64,000 nucleotides of DNA from a virus. Positions 8,687-19,100 of this stretch are shown one piece after another (position 1 is the stretch's first letter; every line of letters begins with the position of its first letter). The translations under genes and the position numbers were made by a program. The notes beneath the pieces were generated by a model. It saw nothing but the letters and a program-made list of their open reading frames with translations. It had not been told where the DNA came from and ran no database searches. The stretch lies in IMG/VR virus record IMGVR_UViG_3300024255_000011, positions 32,001 to 96,000 of that record; one strand, given 5' to 3'.

Positions 8687-9948
8687 TAGTCGTCAGTAAA
8701 AACTGTTGATTTAAATTCTTCAAATGTTGTTGATGTTTCCAGTGCGTTGAACAGTGATACTCCTATAAAAGATCCTTCTGCTGCTTCATTAGCAATTGAC
8801 TCTACTCTTGTAATGTCATTAGAAGTGGCAATTCGTGATCTTCCTTTAAATCCAGTTTCAGGATCCTCATATCCATTATATGCCTGCGCCCCATCCTTTA
8901 GAGTAACACTGTCTTTAAGTAAATCATTTGAAGATGAAGCTTGATAGATTACTGATTCCAGAAATTGAATTCTTTGGAGAAGTTGTGCGTTTAGATCTTT
9001 CTGAGAAGAAATAAGAGAAGATGTATATGTACCATTCTCATCAATAATATTGCCATAACTTACATCAAGATTTACCGAAGTTTCGGTTGGTTCTGGATTA
9101 TATGACCTGACATATGTTAGTTCTCCAGTATTAATGTTATATCCTAGACCACCACCATGATTTTGTGTGCCATCATTCTCCTGAATGACCACATCAATCT
9201 CTGGGACGACTTCTAATGCCCAAGACTTGACATCTGATTGAAGACTTTCTGCAGAAAACTTGACCGGTCCTCCACTTTCAACTTCCAGTACACTCTGTAC
9301 ATTGGATTCGATATGAACACCACCTCTGGTCTTATTCGCAAGGATGTGAACTCCCTCTCCTACTTTGAACTTATCTCCACCGAACTCAGTGTCTGAGTCA
9401 AAAGTTTTAGCCCCGACAAATGATCCTATAACTTGACTGGCTTCAACTTTAATATCGACAAAGTTACCAGTACTTTCACCACCCTCTAAAGGAGGTTCAA
9501 CATTCATCAAAGTTTCATGATATCCAAATGGGAAGTCAGTTAAAAGTCCAGAGGTAATTGAGTATCCGCCCTCACCTGAGTACAATGAAGATGCAGTAAC
9601 TCCACCCACTTCATTAATTGAGTCTACCTTTATTACTTGATCTCCACCATCAACTCTTACCAATTCACCCACCAAATATCCAAATCCGCTGGCCACAACA
9701 TACATTTCTAGGATGACGCCTGTCCTAACTTTGATGTTAACAGTCAATCCCTGACCTACACTATCTGTGTCTAGGGTACTATTGTCATCCTGAAGAACTG
9801 AGTTCTCAGGGGTGGTTCCGACAGAATAGGCCTCACCAGTGTCATTTACCAGATCAGAGAAGTTGATATTGTCTTTTAGTAAAGTAGATACAAACCCAGT
9901 TTCGGGTTTGTATACCACTAATAGATCTGAAGATTGCAGTATTGCCAT
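8686..9948 (-). CDS. Fibre-associated structural protein
   Basis: N-terminal MAILQSSDLLVVYKP; internal 'GxGYxVG' beta modules; C-terminal 'TSTTFEEFKSTV' cap resembling that of the 914-aa fibre. Confidence 0.7.
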   Translation of the reverse strand: MAILQSSDLLVVYKPETGFVSTLLKDNINFSDLVNDTGEAYSVGTTPENSVLQDDNSTLDTDSVGQGLTVNIKVRTGVILEMYVVASGFGYLVGELVRVDGGDQVIKVDSINEVGGVTASSLYSGEGGYSITSGLLTDFPFGYHETLMNVEPPLEGGESTGNFVDIKVEASQVIGSFVGAKTFDSDTEFGGDKFKVGEGVHILANKTRGGVHIESNVQSVLEVESGGPVKFSAESLQSDVKSWALEVVPEIDVVIQENDGTQNHGGGLGYNINTGELTYVRSYNPEPTETSVNLDVSYGNIIDENGTYTSSLISSQKDLNAQLLQRIQFLESVIYQASSSNDLLKDSVTLKDGAQAYNGYEDPETGFKGRSRIATSNDITRVESIANEAAEGSFIGVSLFNALETSTTFEEFKSTVFTDD

Positions 9949-9967
9949 GATACTTTATGGTTATTTA

Positions 9968-11593
9968 TCAGTAGTTGGGGAGAAGGTAGAAGTTGTTGGG
10001 TAGGAAGAAATCAACAGTTTGATGAGAGTTGGCCACCAAACTTGGCATCTTAGTAGATACCTCATCAACCCTGTTGTGTTTCTGACTTAGTGAGGTTGAC
10101 AACTCAGTGTTTGAGACGATTGATGTCAATCCAGATGCACCTATGTCAGCAGTCTTACCGCTGATTGAAATTCTCCCTTCAAGTTCCTCAACTTTGAGTG
10201 CACTGTATGTTCTGCCTGTTACAGTATTGAGTGTACTTGTAGTTACAATTTCAGGAATATCGTCATCAGTCAAGCTATCAAGTTTCTGTTTGTCTGATGC
10301 AGACATAAACCCACTATAACTTGAGTATATGTCTAGGTCACCAGTATCAGTCAGGATTACTTTTGCGTCCTTGATTGAGATGTTGTATACATTTTCATCA
10401 GTACTACTTCGTTGAGTAATTATTGAATAGTGAGGATTGCCATATCCCTCATTATTACCTGGAACATAAACAGGTACTTGAATACTTGTAATTTGTGAGT
10501 TGGAAACGCTGTCCTTGATAAGAACAAACTCATTGTATCTAAGAGTATCAATTATTTTTTCAGTCCAAATGATCTTATCATTTTTGGTTACTGTAATCGT
10601 ACCAGTTGCTGCAGTTTCGTCAATCTTTACACCGACTATTGCTTCTCCTACATTACCAATTGTTTCGTTTACAATAAAGAGTTTGTCACCATCTTTATAA
10701 GCAATATGACTTGAATTCGTTGAGATAGTTGCATTAACAACCTCACCTTGAACCATTGTCAAGTCCAGTCGCATTCCACTGCCTTGGATATTGTTGCGAC
10801 GAGGTATTGTTTCAACACCGTAACTGTAACTTTCAAGAGAAGAACTAGCAAAGTAATATCCACCAACTAATTCTCGATCATTTGATTCTCCGTCTTCATT
10901 CTGAACAAACTCAAAATCTGTTACTGCTCCAACGGAACTAACATCCGTGATCTTAACATAAACTCGATCACCTACTTCAGGTGTCTTCTGTCTAAACTCA
11001 ATAATATCATCTACTTCATAATTAAATCCACCCTGACTAATTACTGCGTCAGTAGTCCTAATGAATCCATCGATAACTGAAACCGTTAACAAAAACCCAT
11101 AAGATTTGGAGGCGTCTGTTAGATTTCTCTGTCCAGTTTCAACTCCCTCACCAAAGGTTGGGATTGTACCATTCAGTCCTCTGTAGTTATTTCCACCTTC
11201 AAACAATTCAACACTGGTAAATTCATCATCAGAAACACCTTTCCACTCAGATGTCTTCAGAGTGAGTTTGCCATCTGGATGTTCAGCTAGGTCTGGATTG
11301 ACAATATAAAAGTCACCAGTGTTGAGATTCTGTGTGTCTGCGGGTGGTTGTAGGTCTTCTGTTACCTCTCCAACAAAGTTTAGTGTGTTGGGGAAGTTAA
11401 CATCAAGGTATCCCGTTTTCTCGTCATAGACGAAGTTTTTAGATGGGAATACTTTACCTGCCACTCCACTGATCTGATCTCCCTGTTTGGCATTGGGTAC
11501 TGTCAGACCTTCAACTACTGTATTTCTCTTAGCTGTAAAATACGAGTCACCCCTTTTAACAATAAACTGATCGGTATCTTGAATAGTGGACAT
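9968..11593 (-). CDS. Fibre-associated structural protein
   Basis: N-terminal MSTIQDTDQFIVKRG; 'LNFVG...GDFYIV' domain; the fibre motif GFMSASDKQKLD; C-terminal NFYLLPNY. Confidence 0.75.
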   Translation of the reverse strand: MSTIQDTDQFIVKRGDSYFTAKRNTVVEGLTVPNAKQGDQISGVAGKVFPSKNFVYDEKTGYLDVNFPNTLNFVGEVTEDLQPPADTQNLNTGDFYIVNPDLAEHPDGKLTLKTSEWKGVSDDEFTSVELFEGGNNYRGLNGTIPTFGEGVETGQRNLTDASKSYGFLLTVSVIDGFIRTTDAVISQGGFNYEVDDIIEFRQKTPEVGDRVYVKITDVSSVGAVTDFEFVQNEDGESNDRELVGGYYFASSSLESYSYGVETIPRRNNIQGSGMRLDLTMVQGEVVNATISTNSSHIAYKDGDKLFIVNETIGNVGEAIVGVKIDETAATGTITVTKNDKIIWTEKIIDTLRYNEFVLIKDSVSNSQITSIQVPVYVPGNNEGYGNPHYSIITQRSSTDENVYNISIKDAKVILTDTGDLDIYSSYSGFMSASDKQKLDSLTDDDIPEIVTTSTLNTVTGRTYSALKVEELEGRISISGKTADIGASGLTSIVSNTELSTSLSQKHNRVDEVSTKMPSLVANSHQTVDFFLPNNFYLLPNY

Positions 11594-11946
11594 TAGAGGC
11601 TCTCCAATTCTGGAACGTTATCAAAGTTTAAAGTATGAGTGATCATTCGAACTTCTTCTTGTCCAATTATCTGTGGTCCTGGATCTTCAACATTAACACC
11701 AGTGGATGCTGCGAACTCAAGTTTAGGCCCACTTGTGCCTCCACCAGATCCACCAGAACCATCGCCACTAGGAGTACCAAAATCGAAGCTAAGTACCCAC
11801 CTTCCCACTAAGTGTCTTTCTGACACTGGGAGATCTTGTTTTTGGTCACTATCACTAGTGATGTAAGTCCAGACTTTGTATCCATCTCCTGTGGAAAGTG
11901 CCTGTCCCTCAGTGGCGGGTAATGCGACTGGGTATAAGATCGACAT
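11593..11946 (-). CDS. Small putative adaptor protein
   Basis: N-terminal (Y/F)P...WTY...RW domain, Gly linker, C-terminal LNFDNVPEL peptide; late promoter at 11965-11971. Confidence 0.7.
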   Translation of the reverse strand: MSILYPVALPATEGQALSTGDGYKVWTYITSDSDQKQDLPVSERHLVGRWVLSFDFGTPSGDGSGGSGGGTSGPKLEFAASTGVNVEDPGPQIIGQEEVRMITHTLNFDNVPELESL

Positions 11947-11974
11947 GGTATCAACTTTTATTATTATTTATCAC

Positions 11975-12024
11975 GACAAGATCCATTGTGAACATGTTAG
12001 ACAAGATCCATTGTGAACATGTTA
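11975..12024. repeat. Perfect 25-bp tandem duplication
   Basis: gacaagatccattgtgaacatgtta at 11975-11999 and 12000-12024, spanning the stop codon of 11997..13199. Confidence 0.95.
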
Positions 12025-13199
12025 CCTGGATTGCGATAGTACTCTACTGCTTCATTTATATGGTCGCCGGGTCTGAATATTCTAACAAATTTTCGATCCT
12101 CCTCTCCACCAGCGGAGTCAAAATTGCATTGACCTTTATATTCCATTTCTAATAATTTTACATCCCACATATCAAGCCACATAGAACTACCAACATAACC
12201 AGATTGCCTGGATGAGTGAACCGAAGTGGCAATGAACCCAACACATATCATCTTTTCATCCCAGACCTTATTGGCTGCGTTCTTGCTTATGGTAAGTGTA
12301 GCCACGCCTTGAACCCGCGGGTTCCATGTACTATTGCCTTTTGGGCCATGTTCTTCCCAAATCTTCCCACCTCTTGAGTGGGTGGTAAGATTATATTCTC
12401 TTATCTTGTTATTAGCGATCCAGTACGACCCCGATTTTGTTGGCCAATCTGGTGTACCACTTTGACTCCAATCTTTAGTGACAGTGATACACTCTGCCAA
12501 GTATATTTTGGCGTCACCACTTTTAACATATGCAAGACAGAAAGCTTCAATTGGATTCCCCCCATGTTGATTATTTAAAGAAGGAAGTAAGGATTTTTTA
12601 TCTTCATTGAAGTGACATTCATACCTAAAGGTTATCGCTGATGCTCTGATATGATGGGATATTTTATCAGAATCGATGGTTGTATATGAATCTTTTCCAA
12701 ACTTGGCACCTTCCATCACACCCCACATAAACCTGTTTGAAACATTATTGTCTTGTCTTTGATATGCTCTAAACTTTACGGAACCATATTGTATACCCCT
12801 ACCATTATTAAAAAGTGTTTTGGCATTAATACCTTGTGAACTTATTTTGTTATTTTTATTGGTATCATTAATTGACCAATTGCTCCTACTCCATTCCAGC
12901 GGTTTATCATTGCCACTGAAGGCTTCACTCTCACCCATCAAATACTTAAATTTCCATTTTTTAGTCTTATTGGTACAATCTTCATAATTATAGTCAGTAA
13001 ACCCATCAGAGGTCCCGCTAAACTTTGAATTGTCGTTGCCTTTAGGACTAAAGTATCCCCCTCCCACATCGAATTCGGGTTTGGCCATTTCGAGAGCAGA
13101 ATTCAGGGGGGGATTGATTGTACTGTGTCTAAAATTTGAGGATATTCTTACAGATCGAAATGTTGCAAGACCCGTTTGACTAACGTTTGAATCTGTCAT
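11997..13199 (-). CDS. Putative receptor-binding/adhesin protein
   Basis: Aromatic/Asn/Lys-rich globular sequence, coupled (TAATG) to the upstream fibre gene; similar to 25986..27089 and the C-terminus of the 3007-aa protein. Confidence 0.55.
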   Translation of the reverse strand: MTDSNVSQTGLATFRSVRISSNFRHSTINPPLNSALEMAKPEFDVGGGYFSPKGNDNSKFSGTSDGFTDYNYEDCTNKTKKWKFKYLMGESEAFSGNDKPLEWSRSNWSINDTNKNNKISSQGINAKTLFNNGRGIQYGSVKFRAYQRQDNNVSNRFMWGVMEGAKFGKDSYTTIDSDKISHHIRASAITFRYECHFNEDKKSLLPSLNNQHGGNPIEAFCLAYVKSGDAKIYLAECITVTKDWSQSGTPDWPTKSGSYWIANNKIREYNLTTHSRGGKIWEEHGPKGNSTWNPRVQGVATLTISKNAANKVWDEKMICVGFIATSVHSSRQSGYVGSSMWLDMWDVKLLEMEYKGQCNFDSAGGEEDRKFVRIFRPGDHINEAVEYYRNPGNMFTMDLV

Positions 13200-15931
13200 T
13201 AGCTGACCCTCAATTGTAATTGAGAACTACTACTACTGTAGTAAAATCCACCCACCTCGACGTTACTTTGTTGGCTTTCTCCCAGATAACAAACTTGATC
13301 ACCTGGGATAAATGGAGTGGCTTTTGTTGAAGTAGGTACCCATGCGCCCCCTTCACCCTTTTCAGGGTCCCAAATTAAACTGTGGCCATCTTGAAGGTCT
13401 TTTCCGTCACCATAATCAAAATCTTGTAATTCGTTCGCTGAAATCTTGTAAACATCAACAGAGACCTGACCATTCTCATCGGTCGACATCTTCAGATTGT
13501 TAGACCGCGATACTAAGTATGATGTCTTGTTGGCTAGCCCGCTTCCGCCACCGCCGGTTTGAGGGTATTCACACCATAAGAAATCCTTATTAACAGCATC
13601 GGTGCCAAAGATACATCGATCCACATTTTGGATTGTCTTACCTAAAACATTTAAAATTTTATCTCGGATTTCCAGTGTAGGGGTTTCTGAGAATGAGAAG
13701 GTAAAGTTTTGACTGTTAGTGTTAACAAAGGTTACACCATTCGCATTTGCCACCGCTGGATAGTAAGTTGAAGTCGCTTTCTCTCCGTCGAATTTAAAGA
13801 AGGTTCTATCTCCATTATCCTCATGTAATAAAAGGTCCCTATGTCCAATTGTAGTTTTACCAGTATTTTCAACTGAGAATAACTTATAACCTTCTGTGGT
13901 GTGTATTTTGAGTCCGTCCTCAGCAGTAGCACTTGGGATTCTGATGTGCAAACGACCTGTCATATTATCACCTGACTTGAATACAAACAAGTCATTGACA
14001 TCATCAAGGGTCAGACCAGAGGTTTTATCATAGAACTTAATTTTGTAATTAAATCCCTGTTGGATAACATCAGAGTTCTTAAAGAGTTCAACACCAGTGA
14101 TGATCATTACACCATTAGGCTTCACCTCCATTGCTACAGATCTATAAACTGCGTATGCAGTCGTTCTTGCATCTGAAGATGAGATTTCAAAATAATCACC
14201 AACCTTTAGGAGTGCACCAAAATCAAGTGTAACAGGATCATCAGAACCAATCACTGATGTCCTGGGATCAATAACAACAACGTCTACGTCTCTTTGTTCT
14301 GTATTACCACCATCAACCTGGTAATCTTGAACAAAAGTTTTCCAATCAAAGATCTTACTTTCTGAGTAAAGAGGATCATTTGAATCTGCAGGTTTAATAG
14401 TTGCCGCAATACATTGAGCCCAAAAAAGACCATTTTCGTATTCAGTTGGGTCATAACTACTAGCGTCGCCCACGTCATATCCTGGATAATGTTTGGACGT
14501 ATTTGTTGGATCCTCAATATCATATCCTATATTAAGACTATCATCACATTCTGATGACTCTCCATCTAAAAGCATCCTATACTGGAAGACATCAGTGGCG
14601 TTTGCCAGTGTATCGATTCTCTGACTGACGTCTGTAATCTTATTATCCAACAATGAATCCATCAGATCCACATAGGCTCTAGGAGGGATAATACCAGGGT
14701 TAGCAGAATACTCTGGACTAATCAGGTTAGGGGGGAATAGATATTCTGAGGCTTTCTCAAGTACTACTCTGTCAGTGATAGTGGTGAACGCTGGGGTTGT
14801 AATGGCTCCCAGGTCATCAAATACTTCTGGTTCATACTTAATTTTTGTTGCACCATTGTGGTTAATGTGCCATGGTCCATTGAAATTGAATTTAGTTATT
14901 TCATTGGTAACAATATTAACAATATTCTCTTTAGGATTTGTGATTTCCAAGACTGGAAAATTCTGATCTAACTGAGAGAATCCAGTGATTTTGAAGGTTG
15001 GTCCAATGACTGGGTTTGTCGTTTGGATACCAGTTGTAAGTGCAGCTTGAATTGGGTTATTTACATCAGTGATGGATACAAACAACCCTCCACTCATAGA
15101 GTCACCAATCTTATTGACATATACTTTATCTAACGTGCTCTGTAGATCGATGACTAGCTTTACAAGATATCTGTTATCGCCATCTTGTACAGAAGGTTTT
15201 CCTAACAGAGGTTGTGATGCAACATGCTCAACATCAAACTGATACAGATAAGAAGGATCAGACTGTGTGCTGTTGGCCTCAAGAACTTTTGGGCCAATGT
15301 TTATGATCTTATAAAAACCATAATTAAAATTATCAACAACATCATTACCATTACCATCCTTAGTAATGTTTATAATCTCAATTAGAGACCCGAGGGTAGC
15401 TAGATCTAGATCGATCTTTTCGCCAACTGCTGGGGTGTCACTGATGAACACAGACAGTACATCTTGCCATAGATAATTAGATGTAGCGAGATAGAATTTT
15501 TTTCTGGAATCCTCAATCGTACTACCTGCAATGCTGTCACTATAGACAGGCAAGATAGATCTCTTACAAGCATCAAATTCTTCACCGATTGTGCCTGCAC
15601 AATTATTGGCACTCAGAACCTCAAAGTTTCCTGCGGCAACTGCATCAATCGCGTATGTGTACTCGTGTTGGATAAGAGTATCATAAAGTTCATTAGAGAT
15701 CTTGACAATTCTGTCAGTCAACCCATCAATCTGGGCGTAAATTTCAGAATCTCCATCCTTTCTGTCTTGAATTTCTCCTTCAATCTTTTGATCTAGTTCA
15801 CTCAGATCTGTATTGAAATCGTCAAGTACGTATCCTGCGATATCAGAAAGGGTAGTAGTTCCTTTTTTATATCGTTTGGATCCGCCATCACCTCTTTGAA
15901 CGTAAAACTGATCGTTTGGTAAAAGTGCCAT
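13199..15931 (-). CDS. Tail fibre-like protein
   Basis: Coiled coil, two repeated domains ending 'V.K.GD.M.G.L', DAVNK motif, 'DGHSLIWD...WVP', and C-terminal 'GGFYYSSSSSQLQL'. Confidence 0.75.
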   Translation of the reverse strand: MALLPNDQFYVQRGDGGSKRYKKGTTTLSDIAGYVLDDFNTDLSELDQKIEGEIQDRKDGDSEIYAQIDGLTDRIVKISNELYDTLIQHEYTYAIDAVAAGNFEVLSANNCAGTIGEEFDACKRSILPVYSDSIAGSTIEDSRKKFYLATSNYLWQDVLSVFISDTPAVGEKIDLDLATLGSLIEIINITKDGNGNDVVDNFNYGFYKIINIGPKVLEANSTQSDPSYLYQFDVEHVASQPLLGKPSVQDGDNRYLVKLVIDLQSTLDKVYVNKIGDSMSGGLFVSITDVNNPIQAALTTGIQTTNPVIGPTFKITGFSQLDQNFPVLEITNPKENIVNIVTNEITKFNFNGPWHINHNGATKIKYEPEVFDDLGAITTPAFTTITDRVVLEKASEYLFPPNLISPEYSANPGIIPPRAYVDLMDSLLDNKITDVSQRIDTLANATDVFQYRMLLDGESSECDDSLNIGYDIEDPTNTSKHYPGYDVGDASSYDPTEYENGLFWAQCIAATIKPADSNDPLYSESKIFDWKTFVQDYQVDGGNTEQRDVDVVVIDPRTSVIGSDDPVTLDFGALLKVGDYFEISSSDARTTAYAVYRSVAMEVKPNGVMIITGVELFKNSDVIQQGFNYKIKFYDKTSGLTLDDVNDLFVFKSGDNMTGRLHIRIPSATAEDGLKIHTTEGYKLFSVENTGKTTIGHRDLLLHEDNGDRTFFKFDGEKATSTYYPAVANANGVTFVNTNSQNFTFSFSETPTLEIRDKILNVLGKTIQNVDRCIFGTDAVNKDFLWCEYPQTGGGGSGLANKTSYLVSRSNNLKMSTDENGQVSVDVYKISANELQDFDYGDGKDLQDGHSLIWDPEKGEGGAWVPTSTKATPFIPGDQVCYLGESQQSNVEVGGFYYSSSSSQLQLRVS

Positions 15932-15935
15932 TTTA

Positions 15936-16157
15936 TTAAATCTCGGTTAAATCCTGAACATCAAAGTCGGTAATAATATTACCTTTAGATGCAATGTGAG
16001 TAATTGGTAAGTTTGCCACGAACTCTACAGAATCGAATCCGACAAGTTCCCAACGGTTCTTGCCTTCACTATACTGCCAAGTTCTGTTGATTTGGGTACC
16101 ATTTACGATGTTGGTACCATTATCAACTGAGGGGTCTGTTGGAAACGGTAGTGCCAT
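15936..16157 (-). CDS. Small putative adaptor protein
   Basis: MALPFPTDP...WQY...NRW domain plus C-terminal DFDVQDLTEI peptide; late promoter at 16174-16180. Confidence 0.75.
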   Translation of the reverse strand: MALPFPTDPSVDNGTNIVNGTQINRTWQYSEGKNRWELVGFDSVEFVANLPITHIASKGNIITDFDVQDLTEI

Positions 16158-16183
16158 GTTTTTTAGTTTTAGTTATTTATTAG

Positions 16184-19100
16184 TTATTCATCGGGATGAG
16201 GTGGGTTGTCATATTGATGTATTGGTGCCAAATTAGAAATGACGAAAGTCCTACCAGTTTTAACATTATCCTCACCAACCCAGATACATGCCGAAATACC
16301 TTTAAAGTGAACTCCAGCTGGGATCTTTTGATCACCCATAAGTCTCATATGAATGAGGTTATTGTTTTTATTGAGTTGGTTCATCTGATGATTAGATGAA
16401 GTATTATCGAAGCTGTTTCTGAACTTGTAGTTTGTAGAGCTGTCTGGAGTAAGTTTAACTGCAACACTCTTAAGAATTGTGTCGGGTTCCAAAAGATCTG
16501 GAACATCAAAACTTAGATGCATCTGAACAATCTGCCAGTTTCCTGCGTTTTCTGTTTTGCTATTGTAATCATAGAATAACATGTCAAACTCGATACCAGG
16601 TATGAATTCTCCATTGGGTATCTTAAAACCAAATGGGTCTTTCTCGGTACCATTAAGTATCTCCCAACCATAGCAGTGGTTAGATGAATTAGATGAATAC
16701 ATCACATCTGTGGTTAACCCAGCTCCTCTGACACTAAAGATATTGTCAATATTATTAGCGGAACCAAAAGTGGTTGGATAAGAAGTGACATTGCGTCCAC
16801 TATCATAGTTGGAAGCTAACTTGTATTGGGCTCCTGCGTATGATTTCCAGAAACCTTGTTTACCCATTTGAGGTGAGTATGTCAAGCTAGGTTGGAACCA
16901 CTTCTTTCTGATATCAAATCCAGTCAATTGACGATTTTCATCAATCGAAGTGTCAATGGCATATGATCGATATGAAGTAGTACTAGTTTTGTAGGGGTCA
17001 TCAAGTTCTACGTTTCTGAACCCAGTATCACCGTCCCATGGAACATATTTACGTAATGCCTTTCTGACATTGCCACCATCCAACTGAGTGTAATTGAATC
17101 CATGAGTTGCAGTCAAGTTCATGACTTCGAACTCTTTTTTGAGCGTGTTATCACCAGTAGATTTGACACACTTTGCATTTGTCAAATGGAACAAGTATCC
17201 ATTGTGTCTGACTCTCATTATTCTAGCCCACGCTCTGACAGCATGGTCTGCAACAAAGTTGAAATATATTGGATCATTACTTAACCCAGTATAGAACTCT
17301 TCATCATTTGTAATGTACTCTGGGTTAAATGGATCACCATATGTACGTTTATTATCTTCAGTAATCTCAATCTTTTTCCTTCTGATTGGATACTTGTTTC
17401 CAGGTCCTTCATCTACCATCTCAAGTAGAGTTTCGAATGGTGCCATCGCGGCGAAGTATAGCAAGAACCCAAGTAGAGCCGCCAACAGTGCTGCAATTGC
17501 CATGAGGATTTCCTTCAGGAAGGGAATATCATCAAGGTGAAGATCTTTATGTACCCTCTTATATTTCCAAGGACTTAAGTGACCATCTGGACTCCAAGTT
17601 TTTGGGTTAATACCACTCGTTGGCGTGTTTTTATTACTCTTGTCGCAAACAACAAAGAATATATAATCATACCCTATTGGAGCTGTAAGAGTAAACTTTT
17701 TGTCTACTTTTGAATTTGGATCCAATACTCTACTATTATACTTGAAATCAGTCTTAGTCGGCCGCTTATCACCAAAGGGATTGTTGGGCCCGTCTCCAAC
17801 AGATTTACACCACACAACTTGATACCTAAGATCTTTTGATTTCGTGTTGTTGTTATAAGACGGAACACCACTTTCCATCCATGAAGCATACTTAAACTCA
17901 TAAGTACTACCACCAATAATCTTACCACCATTTTTAGGAGGTTGTGCGGCACTATATCTCCATCTTGTTTCTGAGAGATCGAACTCTTTGCCTGATACTA
18001 GATTTTTGTTTCCAGGGAAAGACGGACCTCTTTGCCACTCTTTCTTTTTGATACGAACAGGTACTTCCTCTCCGCGTGGACTCCAGTCTTCAAATGATCT
18101 ACCGGAATCAGCATCGAAGTTACCAACACCAAAGATAATATACTTCGGATGTACATCCTCGTGAGGCTCAATTGGAACGGTACTTCCCTTTGCTGAGCGT
18201 TTAGCGAATGTGCCTTGATAATGGAAATAGAATCTATCATTATTATCATTCGGACTCAAATGCTTTCTCTCCTCAACCACAAACACGGACAGAGCGAAAT
18301 CGATATTTTGTGTGAGTTCAACATAGAAGTCATCAAGGTGAGCATCACCATTGATACTCAATGTATTCAGTGGTTTGATCCACTTAGAATCCGTAAACTC
18401 TGGTAAATATTGTTTCCCCGGTGCTCCTGGTTGGTCCCAAGTATGACCAGTATCACCCCAATAGGCGGGCCCAGTTATTGAATCTACCTCTCTGAAGGTC
18501 AATGGTGAAGGTTCTCCCTTAGGACTCCAATCAGTAACTAGAGGAGTTTCGTGTATGGCCTTGATGTATGTTGCAGACAGGATGAGGCCATCCTTGGAAA
18601 CGTCGATATTGATTTCCTGTTGGGTGTCCTGAAAATTTGCAATCTTCTTAAATTGTAGATCAACCCTATTTGTTAATGGATTTAAGGGATCTGGATTTTG
18701 GGTTGGATCAAACTCATAAATTTGGATTTCTTGGAAGTGAGCGAGCGCAGTCGCTGATTTTGGTTTAACTTGGTATCTACGACCAGCTTTGACCTTAATG
18801 TATCTCAGAGGTGATTCGAAATGAGTGTTACCAAATTCAGGAGGATCTACAGCTTCTTGTTCACCACCCCAATACAGGGGCCCTTCAGTTTTCCACTTTT
18901 CTTGTTCTTTAAATTTAAAACGAACAGGTTCCCCATCTCTATTAAATTTTCCAATAGCTTGCTTGCCATACCAACCATAGAATATCCTTGTTACTCCCTT
19001 AGGAGTCTTAAAGGTCATGCCATCACTCTGAGTGTCGGTTGTAATTACTGGACCCTTTTCATAGAACATATCCCTTACTTTGTCGGGTATATGATAGCTA

